64,000 nucleotides of DNA from positions 18,792 to 82,791 of the forward strand of contig CBDETP010000003.1 of NCBI GenBank assembly GCA_965242995.1, written 5' to 3'. Below, one piece after another: positions 21,172 through 31,467 of this stretch. The stretch's first letter is position 1, and every line of letters starts with the position of its first letter. The notes beneath the pieces are model-generated. The model was not told the DNA's origin, searched no databases, and saw only the letters and a list, made by a program, of their open reading frames with translations. This DNA comes from Coxiellales bacterium (GTDB lineage Bacteria > Pseudomonadota > Gammaproteobacteria > CBDETP01). Both the position numbers and the translations under genes were made by a program.

Positions 21172-21669
21172 ATGAGAAATATGGTTAAGTTTTTAGCGGG
21201 TTCGTTGTTGGCTGTTTGGTCGATGGGAGCTTTTGCTGCAGGTCAGTTTGCAGTGGTCGATATGCAGGAAATTTTTCACAAGTCAGCTCAAGTGAAAAAA
21301 ATTGAAGCTAAGTTGAAGAAGCAATCAGCAGCTGATCAAGAAGCTATTAAAGGCATGGCTCAAAAATTAGAGGCCAATATTGAAAAGCTTAAAAAGCAAG
21401 GGCCAGTGGCATCTAAAAAAGATAGTGATGCGCTAAAGAAAACTATTTCCACACAAGAAGCATCAATTCGTGAAAAGCAAACACAATTTCAGCAAGGGCT
21501 TTACACTGCACAGAATGAAGCTATGCATGCGTTTATGCAAAAAGTTCAAGATGTTGTGGCTAAAATCGCTAAAAAACAAAAGTATGATTTAGTATTGCCT
21601 AAGAATGCAATTGTTTATTCTAAATCAGGCACAGATATTACAGATAAAGTGATTGATGAGTTAGATTAG
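21172..21669 (+). CDS. skp: Periplasmic chaperone Skp (OmpH).
   Basis: 165 aa with a signal peptide, Lys/Gln-rich coiled-coil composition, and position between bamA and lpxD. Confidence 0.8.
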   Translation: MRNMVKFLAGSLLAVWSMGAFAAGQFAVVDMQEIFHKSAQVKKIEAKLKKQSAADQEAIKGMAQKLEANIEKLKKQGPVASKKDSDALKKTISTQEASIREKQTQFQQGLYTAQNEAMHAFMQKVQDVVAKIAKKQKYDLVLPKNAIVYSKSGTDITDKVIDELD

Positions 21670-21692
21670 TTTTTATCAGGTTTTTTTCAAAA

Positions 21693-21727
21693 AAGAGCAC
21701 GTGACTTTTCATGTGCTCTTTTTTTAT
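21693..21727 (+). terminator. Rho-independent terminator after skp.
   Basis: agagcacgtga / tcatgtgctct stem with one mismatch and loop ctttt, followed by a T9 run. Confidence 0.5.
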
Positions 21728-21744
21728 AAAAAGAGCGGTTTATT

Positions 21745-22764
21745 ATGGATATAAAACTCACCCTAGCAGACATTGCCGAGCGGCTAAAAGCAAAGATTAT
21801 TGGTGATGCTTCTGTTTCTATCAGTTCTTTAGCTTCGCTAGAAAAAGCAGTTGAAGGCGACCTAACTTTTTTAGGTGACGACAAGCGGTATCACAAACAC
21901 CTTGAAAAAACAAAAGCCTCTGCGGTTTTGTTAACAGAGAATAAGGTGGGTGATTGTCCTGCTGTAGCTTTAGTTGTTGAAAATCCACAGCTGGCTTTTT
22001 CTCAAGTAGCCGCGTTGTTTAAGCCTAAAGAAAATTTTCCATCAGGAGTTCATCCAACGGCTATTGTTGGTGATGATTGTAAAATAGATGCTTCAGCACA
22101 CATCGGTCCTTTTTGTGTGATTGCTGATAATGTAAGTATTGGTGCGAACACGGTTATCGAAGCTCATTGCGTATTAAAGTCTCGAGTGACGATAGGCAAG
22201 GATTGTCATTTGTATCCCCGTGTTACTTGTTACTCTGATGTGGTTTTAGCTAATAAAAATACTATTCATAGTGGCGCTGTCATTGGTGCAGATGGTTTTG
22301 GTCTAATTGATGATAATGGCAAGTGGGCTAAAGTGCCCCAGTTGGGTGGTGTGAAAACCGGTGACCAAGTCGAAATTGGTGCTAATACGACAATTGATAG
22401 AGGCGCATTAGAAGATACGACTATTGGAACTGGGGTGAAAATTGATAATCAGGTGCAAATTGCACACAATGTTATTGTGGGTGATCACACAGCAATTGCA
22501 GGTTGTGTGGGTATTGCTGGGAGCACGCGCATCGGAAAGCACTGCATTCTTGGTGGCGGCGTAGCAGTTAATGGCCATATTGATATTACGGATGGCGTGA
22601 TTTTAGCGGCAATGTCAGCAGTATCGAGCTCAATTAAAGAGCCGGGTGTTTATGCAGGTCAGCCCAGTTTGCCTCGGCAAAAGTGGCAGCGCAATATTGT
22701 TCATTATCGAAATTTAGATAATTTAGTTAAACGAGTTCGTAATTTGGAGAAAAGCAATGAGTGA
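21745..22764 (+). CDS. lpxD: UDP-3-O-(3-hydroxyacyl)glucosamine N-acyltransferase.
   Basis: Left-handed beta-helix hexapeptide repeats. lpxD-fabZ-lpxA order. Confidence 0.9.
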   Translation: MDIKLTLADIAERLKAKIIGDASVSISSLASLEKAVEGDLTFLGDDKRYHKHLEKTKASAVLLTENKVGDCPAVALVVENPQLAFSQVAALFKPKENFPSGVHPTAIVGDDCKIDASAHIGPFCVIADNVSIGANTVIEAHCVLKSRVTIGKDCHLYPRVTCYSDVVLANKNTIHSGAVIGADGFGLIDDNGKWAKVPQLGGVKTGDQVEIGANTTIDRGALEDTTIGTGVKIDNQVQIAHNVIVGDHTAIAGCVGIAGSTRIGKHCILGGGVAVNGHIDITDGVILAAMSAVSSSIKEPGVYAGQPSLPRQKWQRNIVHYRNLDNLVKRVRNLEKSNE

Positions 22765-23197
22765 TATAATGTATATTGATGATATTAAAAATCATCTGCC
22801 CCACAGATACCCTTTTTTGTTGGTTGATCGTGTGACGGACTTTGTTGAAAATAAATCTATTGCTGCAATTAAAAATGTAACAATCAATGAGCCTTTTTTT
22901 AATGGCCATTTTCCGCAAAAATCAGTAATGCCGGGAGTATTGCAGATTGAAGCTTTGGCGCAAGCGTCTGGAATTTTAATGATGAAATCGTTAAATGTGA
23001 CTACTGAAGAGGGCTTGTTTTTTTTGGCGGGCGTTGATAAAGCACGCTTTAAAAAAATGGTTATTCCTGGCGATCAATTGTTAATGACAGTGGAAGTTTT
23101 GCGTGCAAGAAAAAGCTTATGGAAATTTAAAGGACAAATAACGGTTGATGGTGAAATTGCTTGTGAAGCTGAGTTTATGAACGCAAGAGGTAGTTAA
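22757..23197 (+). CDS. fabZ: 3-hydroxyacyl-ACP dehydratase.
   Basis: HRYPFLLVDRV and FFNGHFP hotdog-fold motifs. Confidence 0.9.
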   Translation: MSDIMYIDDIKNHLPHRYPFLLVDRVTDFVENKSIAAIKNVTINEPFFNGHFPQKSVMPGVLQIEALAQASGILMMKSLNVTTEEGLFFLAGVDKARFKKMVIPGDQLLMTVEVLRARKSLWKFKGQITVDGEIACEAEFMNARGS

Positions 23198-23985
23198 TGA
23201 TGATTGATGACAAGGCTTATGTTGACCCACGCGCAAAGATTGCTGATGACGTGGAAATAGGCCCCTGGGCTTGGATCGGTCCAGGTGTTGAAATTGGTTC
23301 AGGCTCTACTGTTGGTGCTAATGCGGTTATTAAGGGCCGGTCAATAATTGGTGAAAATAATCAAATTATGGCATTTGCTATGGTTGGTGGTGATCCACAA
23401 CATTTGGGTTATAAGGGCGAAGAAACAGCGCTGGTAATAGGGGATAATAATGTCATTCGCGAATATACCAGCATTCATCGTGGTACGGTCGAGGGGGGTG
23501 GAAAAACTCAGATTGGCGATAATAATTATTTCATGGCTTATTCTCATGTCGGACATGATTGCCGAGTGGGCAGTCACTGTGTTTTTGCTAATTGCGCATG
23601 TCTTGCAGGTCATGTTGAAGTTGGTGATTATGTTTTTTTTAGTGGGTATGCAGCTGTCCATCAGTTTTGTCGAATTGGCTCGTACGCATTCATTGGGCGA
23701 TCAGCAAAGGTGTTTAAAGATATTCCTGCGTATATGATGGTTACAGGTAATCCGGGTTGCCCAACAGGTGTTAACTTGGTTGGATTGAAGCGCCATGGTT
23801 TTGATAATAAAACGCTTCGTATTATTAAAAAAGCATTTCTATTGATTTATCGCAGCGGAAAGACGTTGGAAGATTTGCGTAAAGCGCTAGATCAATTAGC
23901 AACAGAGAGCGATAGTGTTTTATTAATTATTGAGGCTTTTGATCATACGACCAGAGGAGTTGAGCGGCATCAGCATCGCCATTAA
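23197..23985 (+). CDS. lpxA: UDP-N-acetylglucosamine O-acyltransferase.
   Basis: Hexapeptide repeats. 262 aa, directly after fabZ. Confidence 0.9.
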   Translation: MMIDDKAYVDPRAKIADDVEIGPWAWIGPGVEIGSGSTVGANAVIKGRSIIGENNQIMAFAMVGGDPQHLGYKGEETALVIGDNNVIREYTSIHRGTVEGGGKTQIGDNNYFMAYSHVGHDCRVGSHCVFANCACLAGHVEVGDYVFFSGYAAVHQFCRIGSYAFIGRSAKVFKDIPAYMMVTGNPGCPTGVNLVGLKRHGFDNKTLRIIKKAFLLIYRSGKTLEDLRKALDQLATESDSVLLIIEAFDHTTRGVERHQHRH

Positions 23986-24033
23986 TTTTTAATAAATAAG
24001 AATTTAGAAATATTGGATGATGTTTTCTTGTCT

Positions 24034-25179
24034 TTAATCTGCCAGCATTTCCTCAGTTAAATCTGCGACTTTTCCGGCAAGTTTTTTATCAAATATTGCG
24101 TTTTGTAAGCTGGTCATTTTTTCTATTTTTTGCTGTCGGTAGTTGGTGTCATTTAGAAGTTTTATGCACTCTTTAGTGATTTTTTTTGGTGTTGCATCAT
24201 TTTGTATTAATTCCTCGGCAACGTTATTTTCTGCAACAATATTGCAAAGACCTATATGTTTAGTTTTAATGACGCACCTGCCGATCCAGTAGGTTAGTTG
24301 TGATACTTTATAAATAATAACTTGTGGTAGTTTAAATAGAGCGCATTCTAGTGTTACGGTGCCGGATGTGCAGATGGCGGCGTCGGCAATACTAAAGGCA
24401 GCGTAAGTGTCGTTTTTAACGACTTTAATAAAGTTGGGTATTTGTGAAAAAAGCGGGTGATTGATAACGGTTTCTGCTTGAGCGAGAATAAACTGGATGT
24501 TTGGCATTGCTTTTTTGATTTCTTTGGCGGCTTCGATCATTGTAGGTAGCAAGCTTTCAATTTCCTGATTGCGGCTGCCGGGCAATAAAGCAATAACAGG
24601 GAAATGGGGGTTTATTTTAAGCTTGTCATAATTTGCTGAATAATTTTTTTGATACTGTTGGATTTTTTTAGCAAGTGGGTGGCCAACGTAGGTGGCAGGA
24701 ATGCCCGCTTGTTCATAGAGGGTTTGTTCAAATGGAAAGAGAACAGCCATGTGGTCAACGCGTTTTTTTATTTTATGAATACGGCCAGATCGCCAAGCCC
24801 ATATTTGAGGGCTAACGTAATAAAGCACTTTGATATTAAGTTTTTTAGCATGCTTGGCAATCATTAGATTAAAGCCAGGGTAGTCAATAAGGATAAGAAG
24901 TTTTGGTGGGTTTGTTTTTAATTGATTGAGGATGGTTTTTCGTGCAGACCAAATGACGCCAATGTGTTTAATAATTTCAATAAATCCAATAATGCCCATT
25001 TTGCTTGAGTCAACAATGATTTTTGCACCGGCTTTTTTGATGGCATTGCCACCCATGGCAAGAATGTTAAGGTTGTTTTTTTTTGTGTTGAGTTGGTTGA
25101 TGAGTTCTGCGCCCAAGTTATCACCGGAGGTTTCTCCAGTAATAATTAGTAAGTCGGCTTGTTTGTTTGAAATTTCCAT
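24034..25179 (-). CDS. lpxB: Lipid-A-disaccharide synthase.
   Basis: 381 aa with a GT-B fold. N-terminus LLIITGETSGDNLGAELI is typical of LpxB. It lies on the opposite strand, converging on lpxA. Confidence 0.9.
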   Translation of the reverse strand: MEISNKQADLLIITGETSGDNLGAELINQLNTKKNNLNILAMGGNAIKKAGAKIIVDSSKMGIIGFIEIIKHIGVIWSARKTILNQLKTNPPKLLILIDYPGFNLMIAKHAKKLNIKVLYYVSPQIWAWRSGRIHKIKKRVDHMAVLFPFEQTLYEQAGIPATYVGHPLAKKIQQYQKNYSANYDKLKINPHFPVIALLPGSRNQEIESLLPTMIEAAKEIKKAMPNIQFILAQAETVINHPLFSQIPNFIKVVKNDTYAAFSIADAAICTSGTVTLECALFKLPQVIIYKVSQLTYWIGRCVIKTKHIGLCNIVAENNVAEELIQNDATPKKITKECIKLLNDTNYRQQKIEKMTSLQNAIFDKKLAGKVADLTEEMLAD

Positions 25180-25184
25180 TTAAT

Positions 25185-26159
25185 TTATTGTTTAGTTAGT
25201 TGATCCCAGTTTTTATGTTCACGCATCAAGTCGGTTATTTTAAGTGCAATTTCTAGTGCGCGACGTCCATCATAGCCAGATACAACCGGAGCTTCATTAT
25301 TGAGGATGCTGTTGAGGAAGGCTGATGTTTGATCTTTTAATGAGTCACCCTGGTCGTAACGATGATTTTCTCGGATGATTTCTGGAATACCAGGATACAT
25401 TTCTTTTTTTCCGCGACGGTGGATTGATAGAGATTTTCTCTGTAAATCAAGGCTTATATAGGCATCTGTTTGAAAAATCTTTAGAGAGCGTTGTTTTTTT
25501 GTGCTAATTCGACTTGCGGTAACGTTAGCAATGCAGCCGTTTTCAAATTCAATTCGAGCATTGCCTAAATCAATGAGTGGTGATAATACCGATGCGCCGG
25601 TAGCACTGATATGTTTTATTTTATCATTTACGAGGGTTTGAATAATGTCAATATCATGGATCATTAAATCCAGGACAACATTAACATCAGTGCCACGTAA
25701 TTGAAAAGGTGCTAGTCGTGTGGATTCAATGAAGCGCAAATCGGTTAAAAAAGGTTTTGCAGCAGTAACAACTGTGTTGAATCGTTCTAAGTGCCCGACT
25801 TGAAAGACCACTTTTTTTTCTTTGGCAATTTTTATTAATTCATCAGCTTCTTCTAAAGTTTGTGTGATGGGTTTTTCTAATAAAATGTGCACGCCATTTT
25901 CAAGGAAAAATTTAGCAATAGTGAAATGGTATGGCGTGGGTGTGGCAATGCTAATCGCGTCGACTTTACCAATGAGGTCGTGGTAATTATGATAGGCAGT
26001 TGTGTTGAGTTTGTTGGCAATGTCTCGGGCGCGATCTTTGTCAATATCGCAAATGCCAACTAAGTTTGCCTCTGGAAGTGCTGCGTATTTTTGTGCATGA
26101 AAGTTACCAAGATATCCGGTTCCAATAACGGCAGTGTTAAGTGTTTTTTTTTCGCTCAT
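25185..26159 (-). CDS. Gfo/Idh/MocA-family NAD(P)-dependent oxidoreductase, a candidate GnnA-type UDP-GlcNAc 3-dehydrogenase.
   Basis: N-terminal Rossmann motif ([13 protein letters not shown]) and a Gfo/Idh/MocA C-terminal domain. It sits 5 nt upstream of lpxB in the same orientation, so the two are probably co-transcribed. Confidence 0.65.
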   Translation of the reverse strand: MSEKKTLNTAVIGTGYLGNFHAQKYAALPEANLVGICDIDKDRARDIANKLNTTAYHNYHDLIGKVDAISIATPTPYHFTIAKFFLENGVHILLEKPITQTLEEADELIKIAKEKKVVFQVGHLERFNTVVTAAKPFLTDLRFIESTRLAPFQLRGTDVNVVLDLMIHDIDIIQTLVNDKIKHISATGASVLSPLIDLGNARIEFENGCIANVTASRISTKKQRSLKIFQTDAYISLDLQRKSLSIHRRGKKEMYPGIPEIIRENHRYDQGDSLKDQTSAFLNSILNNEAPVVSGYDGRRALEIALKITDLMREHKNWDQLTKQ

Positions 26160-26283
26160 TATTTCTTCTCGTCTATTAAAACATCTTATTTTATCATATG
26201 TTAGCTGTCTTGTATGGTTGCACTTTTTTTTTAAGAACGCAATGGTTATAGTGTGTGCCAGGTTGTTTGTTTGGAGGTTTTTT

Positions 26284-26892
26284 ATGGTAGGTGAAATGGA
26301 CTTTTCAGGGAAAATAGTTGCTGGTGTTGATGAGGTTGGGCGTGGCCCATTGGTTGGTGCAGTAGTAGCTGCAGCAGTTATTTTAGACCCAGCTCAGCCA
26401 ATTGAGGGACTTAAAGATTCAAAAAAGCTAACAGAGAAGCGTCGAGTGGCTTTATGTGCGGAAATTAAGCAGAAAGCTTTAGCTTGGGCAGTTGGTCGAG
26501 CAGAGGCGTCTGAGATTGATCAGATCAATATTTTACAGGCGAGCTTACTGGCTATGCAGCGAGCTGTTTTGCAGCTATCATTGGCCCCAGAGCATGTGCT
26601 TGTTGATGGTAATCGCCTGCCTGAGCTACCTTTTCCTGCAGAGGCAATCATTAAAGGCGATCAACTGGTCGCTGCAATTAGTGCAGCATCGATAGTCGCT
26701 AAGGTTACTAGAGATGAAGAGCTGGTTGCTTTAGATGCCTTGCACCCTCAATATGGTTTTGCTCAGCATAAGGGTTATCCAACAGCACAGCATATGCAAG
26801 CCATTGCGGAGTTTGGTGTCATTGACTGCCACCGACGAAGCTTTGCACCAGTAAGAAATTATTTGTTAAAAAAGGAAAGCCAGCATGCCTGA
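26284..26892 (+). CDS. rnhB: Ribonuclease HII.
   Basis: [18 protein letters not shown] motif. The true start is ATG 26284, 6 nt after GGAGG. The track ORF extends 50 codons upstream into non-coding sequence. Confidence 0.85.
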   Translation: MVGEMDFSGKIVAGVDEVGRGPLVGAVVAAAVILDPAQPIEGLKDSKKLTEKRRVALCAEIKQKALAWAVGRAEASEIDQINILQASLLAMQRAVLQLSLAPEHVLVDGNRLPELPFPAEAIIKGDQLVAAISAASIVAKVTRDEELVALDALHPQYGFAQHKGYPTAQHMQAIAEFGVIDCHRRSFAPVRNYLLKKESQHA

Positions 26893-27982
26893 ACGATTAC
26901 AAGTGTCATTACTCTGTGGTGGTCAATCGGTTGAGCACGCTATTTCATTATTGTCTGCGCAAAATATTTTTCGAGCATTGGACGCTTCTAAATATAAATT
27001 GCACATTATTTATATCTCTGAGGCTGGTGTTTGGTCGATTTTAGATCAGCCTGAAAGTTTGTTAGCGGCCGACAGCCCGCAAGCCTTGGCTGAAAAGCCA
27101 ATGCATGCGGTTTGCTTATCTTTGCAGGCCGACAGAGCAAGCTTCCCATGGGTAGTTAGATCGACAAATGAGGCTATAAGGTGTGATGTTGTTATTCCTT
27201 GTGTGCATGGCACCTATGGTGAAGACGGCAGTTTGCAAGGCCTGCTTGATATGCTAGGGGTGGCGTATGTAGGTTCTGGCGTGTTGGGCTCTGCGTTGTC
27301 GATGGATAAAATTGCTAGTAAGCAGGTTTTTGCAGCACAGAATCTACCAACAGCGGATTGGGTAGAATTAACAAATAAGCATGAAAACCCATCATTTGAT
27401 CAAATTATCAAACGTTTAGGTTCACCCGTGGTGATTAAGTCTGCGAACTTAGGCTCATCTGTGGGGGTGTTTTTGGTTGAAAATCAGGCGGAATTTACGG
27501 CAGCAATTGGTCAGGCTTTTAAACACTCTGATCGTGTTTTTGTGGAGGCGCATATTGATGGGCGAGAAATTGAGTGCGCTGTGTTGGGAAATGAGCAGCC
27601 ACGTGCTAGTATTTCAGGTGAAATTGTCTGCCAAGGCATTTATTCTTATGATGCTAAGTATATGTCAGGATCCACAGCGAAAGTGGTTGTTCCTGCAAAC
27701 TTACCCGATGAATTGCTAAAAAAAGTCAGTCATATTGCTGTGCAGGCTTTTAAGGCATTGGGTTGCTCTGGTTTGGCACGCTTTGATTGTTTTATCGATG
27801 AGTCAGAGCAGGTTTGGGTGAATGAGCTTAATACGTTGCCGGGCTTTACGGATATTAGCATGTATCCTAAATTGTGGGAGCATGAAGGACTTAAAACGGC
27901 AAGTTTGCTTGATGAGCTGATTCATTTAGCGCAAGACAGAATGGAAAAAATAAAACGCTTAGAGCGACAATATGTTAGTTAA
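26885..27982 (+). CDS. ddl: D-alanine--D-alanine ligase.
   Basis: ATP-grasp with DdlA-like architecture: [15 protein letters not shown]-terminus and C-terminal [10 protein letters not shown]. Confidence 0.85.
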   Translation: MPERLQVSLLCGGQSVEHAISLLSAQNIFRALDASKYKLHIIYISEAGVWSILDQPESLLAADSPQALAEKPMHAVCLSLQADRASFPWVVRSTNEAIRCDVVIPCVHGTYGEDGSLQGLLDMLGVAYVGSGVLGSALSMDKIASKQVFAAQNLPTADWVELTNKHENPSFDQIIKRLGSPVVIKSANLGSSVGVFLVENQAEFTAAIGQAFKHSDRVFVEAHIDGREIECAVLGNEQPRASISGEIVCQGIYSYDAKYMSGSTAKVVVPANLPDELLKKVSHIAVQAFKALGCSGLARFDCFIDESEQVWVNELNTLPGFTDISMYPKLWEHEGLKTASLLDELIHLAQDRMEKIKRLERQYVS

Positions 27983-27993
27983 TTTATAGAAGG

Positions 27994-30900
27994 TTGGTTG
28001 TGGTTAGTCAATTTGTTCATTTAAATGTCCATACAGAATACTCCATTGTCGATGGCACCGTTCGTATTCCTGAATTATTAACGGCGGTGAAAGAGCAGAA
28101 TATGCCGGCCGTTGCAGTGACAGATCATGTTAATTTGTTTTCACTGGTAAAGTTTTATCGCCAGGCTTTGAGTCAGGGGGTCAAGCCTATTATTGGTGCG
28201 ACGATGTTATTAGCGGATGACCAAGAGAAAAACCATTCAAAATTTACAGCACTGTGCATTAATCAGCAGGGTTATAAAAACTTGACTCAGCTTATGACTA
28301 AAGCCTATGTTGCCAGGCAAGAAACAGGGAAAGAGCCAGTTGTTTCTTGGGCATGGTTAGAAGAGTTGTCTGCTGGGTTAATTATTTTATCTGGGGCAAA
28401 AGACGGTGATATTGGCCAAGCAATAATGAAAGGGAAAAACACACTAGCAACGCAGCATGCATTACGTTGGCAAAAAACATTTCAAGATAATTTTTATATG
28501 GAGTTGCGACGAACAGGGCGTCCACAAGAAGAAGATTATTTGCATGAAGCAATTAAAATATCAGAAGCCAATCAAATTCCAGTTGTGGCAACACAAGATG
28601 TTTGTTTTATTAACAAAGATGATTTTGAGTCTCATGAAGCAAGGGTGTGTATTTACCAGGGTTGGATGTTAGATGACGCTAGGCGGCCACATGATTACAG
28701 TAATCAGCAATATTTAACATCTAATGACTATATGCTGGCATTATTTAAAGATGTTCCCTCAGCAATTGAAAATACCGTTGAAATTGCTAAGCGTTGTAAT
28801 GTGCAGTTAGAGTTGGGTAAAGCTTATTTGCCTGAATTTCCTATTCCTGCAGGAAAAACATTAGAAAGTTATTGCTATGATAAAGCGCAGCAAGGATTAA
28901 AAGAACGTTTAGACATTCTTAGCGCCAATGACATTCAATATAAAGAGTCAGATTATCAAGATCGATTGAAGATGGAGCTTGATGTTATCAGTAACATGGG
29001 TTTTTTAGGTTACTTTTTAATTGTTGCGGACTTTATTCGTTGGGCAAAAGAGCAAGATATTCCTGTTGGGCCTGGTCGTGGTTCAGGTGCGGGTTCTTTA
29101 ATTGCTTATGTTTATGGTATTACTGAGTTAGATCCATTGGTCCATGGCTTGCTGTTTGAGCGTTTTCTTAATCCAGAGCGGGTGTCGCTACCTGATTTTG
29201 ATATTGATTTTTGCATGGATCGGCGTGATGAGGTGATTGATTATGTTGGTAGATGCTATGGACAAGAATGCGTTTCACAAATCATTACGTATGGTCGAAT
29301 GTCAGCAAAAGCGGTGATTCGAGATGTTGGGCGTGTATTAAGTCTGTCTTATGGTTTTGTTGATACAATTGCAAAATTAATTCCCTTTGAGCTGGGGATT
29401 ACTTTAGATAAAGCATTAGAGGATGAGCCAGAATTAGGTCGTCGTTATGATGAAGAAGAAGAGGTGGCGTCGTTAATTAATTTAGCTAGAAAATTAGAAG
29501 GTCTTACCCGTAATGCTGGGAAGCATGCTGGAGGCGTGGTGATAGCACCAACGCAGCTAACCGATTTTACGCCTCTTTATTGTGAGGCGGGTGGTGATGG
29601 TCAGGTAACACAGTTTGATAAAGATGATGTAGAAGCCGTTGGCTTGGTTAAGTTTGACTTTTTAGGCTTGCGAACACTGACTATTATTCATTGGGCATTG
29701 CAGCATGTAAATAAAAAACGTGATAAAGCAGGGCAGGATGCCATTGATATTCACACCATTGATTTGGCAGATAAAAAAGTTTTTGATTTATTAAAAGCGT
29801 GTAATACCACGGCTGTTTTTCAATTAGAATCTCGAGGTATGCGAGAGCTGGTTGGCCGTCTGAAACCAGATTGTTTTGATGAGATTACTGCATTGGTTGC
29901 TTTGTTTCGACCGGGTCCTTTGCAGTCTGGAATGGTGGATGATTTTATTGATCGTAAGCATGGGCGCTCGCCAGTACATTATCCTCACCCCGACTTAGAG
30001 TGGATTTTAAAACCAACATACGGCGTTATTTTATATCAAGAGCAGGTTATGCAAATTGCTCAAGTATTATCTGGGTATTCACTGGGAAAAGCTGACTTAT
30101 TACGTCGGGCAATGGGTAAGAAAAAAGCGAAAGAGATGGCCGAGCAGCGCAGTGTGTTTGTGGGTGGCGCCGGTGACTTAGGTGTTGATAAAAAGCTTGC
30201 GGGACAGATTTTTGATTTAATTGAAAAGTTTGCTGGCTATGGATTTAATAAATCACATTCGGCAGCTTATGCGCTACTTTCCTATCAAACGGCTTGGATT
30301 AAAGCGCATTATCCAGCGGAGTTTATGGCGGCAGTGTTGTCTTCAGATATGGATAATACGGATAAAGTGCTTATTTTTGTGGAAGAATGCCAGCGAATGA
30401 AACTTGATTTGCTGTCTCCCAATGTTAATGCTGGCCACTATTATTTTACAGTTACGGATAAAGGAGAGATTGTTTATGGGCTTGGTGCTGTTAAGGGCGT
30501 AGGTGAGGCTGCTGTTGAAGATTTAATGCAAGAAAGACAGGCGGGCGGTGAGTTCAAAGATTTATTTGATTTTTGCCGACGAGTTGATATAAAAAAAATG
30601 AATCGTCGTTCACTTGAGCCGTTAATTTATTCTGGCGCTATGGATGTTTTTGGTGAGACTCGAGCAACATTGTTGGCATCGTTGAATGATGCATTACAGT
30701 TGGCAGAGCAAAAAAGTCGAGATGAAGCTCAAGGGCAAGGCAATTTATTTGGTGACTTTGGTGCATTTGATGGCAGTGATGAATCAACTGCCGTATCTTA
30801 TAGCGTAAAATCAGAGTGGGCGCTTAAGGATAAGCTTGAGGGTGAAAAAAATAGTTTAGGCTATTATTTGTCGGGCCATCCCATTTCGGCGTATGAGAAA

Positions 30901-31467
30901 GAGATTTCACAGTTTTGTTCAAAAACAATTGCTGAAATTTTATCATCCAACAAAAAACAAACGCTGGCTGTTGGGTTGGTGGTTAGTGCACGTGTGATCA
31001 TGACGCAACGTGGTAAGCGTATGGGCATTTTAACATTGAGCGATAAGACGGCAAAAATTGATGTAACTGTTTTTAGTGAGGTACTTGATGAGTCGCCGGG
31101 ACTTTTGCAGAAAGACAGTATTTTAATTGTTGATGGTGAGCTGGCGGATGATAAGTTTAGTGGTGGTAAAAAAATAACGGCAAAAGCTTTATACTCGTTT
31201 GATGGTGCTAGAAAACGTTGGGCAAAGCGTTTAGTTATTAAGACCGATTCAGACCAGGACGTTAAGCAAATAATTAAGCAGCTACCGAAGATGATAAATA
31301 GCAGTCAGGGTGGGCAGTGCCCTATTTTTATTGATTATTCAAGCAAGTCGGCGTCAGTCCGCCTGAAACTTGGCAAGCAGTGGTGCGTTAATCCAACTGA
31401 AGTTTGTTTGGAAGAGCTTTGTAAGGTTTTGTCAGCTGATGGTGCTGTGTGTTTAGAGTATCGTTGA
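27994..31467 (+). CDS. dnaE: DNA polymerase III alpha subunit.
   Basis: 1157 aa with a PHP domain (FVHLNVHTEYSIVDG) and the Pol III alpha catalytic core. rnhB-dnaE neighbourhood as in E. coli. Confidence 0.95.
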   Translation: MVVVSQFVHLNVHTEYSIVDGTVRIPELLTAVKEQNMPAVAVTDHVNLFSLVKFYRQALSQGVKPIIGATMLLADDQEKNHSKFTALCINQQGYKNLTQLMTKAYVARQETGKEPVVSWAWLEELSAGLIILSGAKDGDIGQAIMKGKNTLATQHALRWQKTFQDNFYMELRRTGRPQEEDYLHEAIKISEANQIPVVATQDVCFINKDDFESHEARVCIYQGWMLDDARRPHDYSNQQYLTSNDYMLALFKDVPSAIENTVEIAKRCNVQLELGKAYLPEFPIPAGKTLESYCYDKAQQGLKERLDILSANDIQYKESDYQDRLKMELDVISNMGFLGYFLIVADFIRWAKEQDIPVGPGRGSGAGSLIAYVYGITELDPLVHGLLFERFLNPERVSLPDFDIDFCMDRRDEVIDYVGRCYGQECVSQIITYGRMSAKAVIRDVGRVLSLSYGFVDTIAKLIPFELGITLDKALEDEPELGRRYDEEEEVASLINLARKLEGLTRNAGKHAGGVVIAPTQLTDFTPLYCEAGGDGQVTQFDKDDVEAVGLVKFDFLGLRTLTIIHWALQHVNKKRDKAGQDAIDIHTIDLADKKVFDLLKACNTTAVFQLESRGMRELVGRLKPDCFDEITALVALFRPGPLQSGMVDDFIDRKHGRSPVHYPHPDLEWILKPTYGVILYQEQVMQIAQVLSGYSLGKADLLRRAMGKKKAKEMAEQRSVFVGGAGDLGVDKKLAGQIFDLIEKFAGYGFNKSHSAAYALLSYQTAWIKAHYPAEFMAAVLSSDMDNTDKVLIFVEECQRMKLDLLSPNVNAGHYYFTVTDKGEIVYGLGAVKGVGEAAVEDLMQERQAGGEFKDLFDFCRRVDIKKMNRRSLEPLIYSGAMDVFGETRATLLASLNDALQLAEQKSRDEAQGQGNLFGDFGAFDGSDESTAVSYSVKSEWALKDKLEGEKNSLGYYLSGHPISAYEKEISQFCSKTIAEILSSNKKQTLAVGLVVSARVIMTQRGKRMGILTLSDKTAKIDVTVFSEVLDESPGLLQKDSILIVDGELADDKFSGGKKITAKALYSFDGARKRWAKRLVIKTDSDQDVKQIIKQLPKMINSSQGGQCPIFIDYSSKSASVRLKLGKQWCVNPTEVCLEELCKVLSADGAVCLEYR

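Noticed and set aside
26134..26283. N-terminal 50-codon extension of rnhB in the ORF track (likewise extensions of rpmB, rpsB, frr, dut, rplI, suhB, mltD and arsC).
   Set aside because: The extensions lack similarity to the respective families. Internal starts have good SD spacing and give canonical protein lengths. Extensions would overlap upstream genes or promoters.
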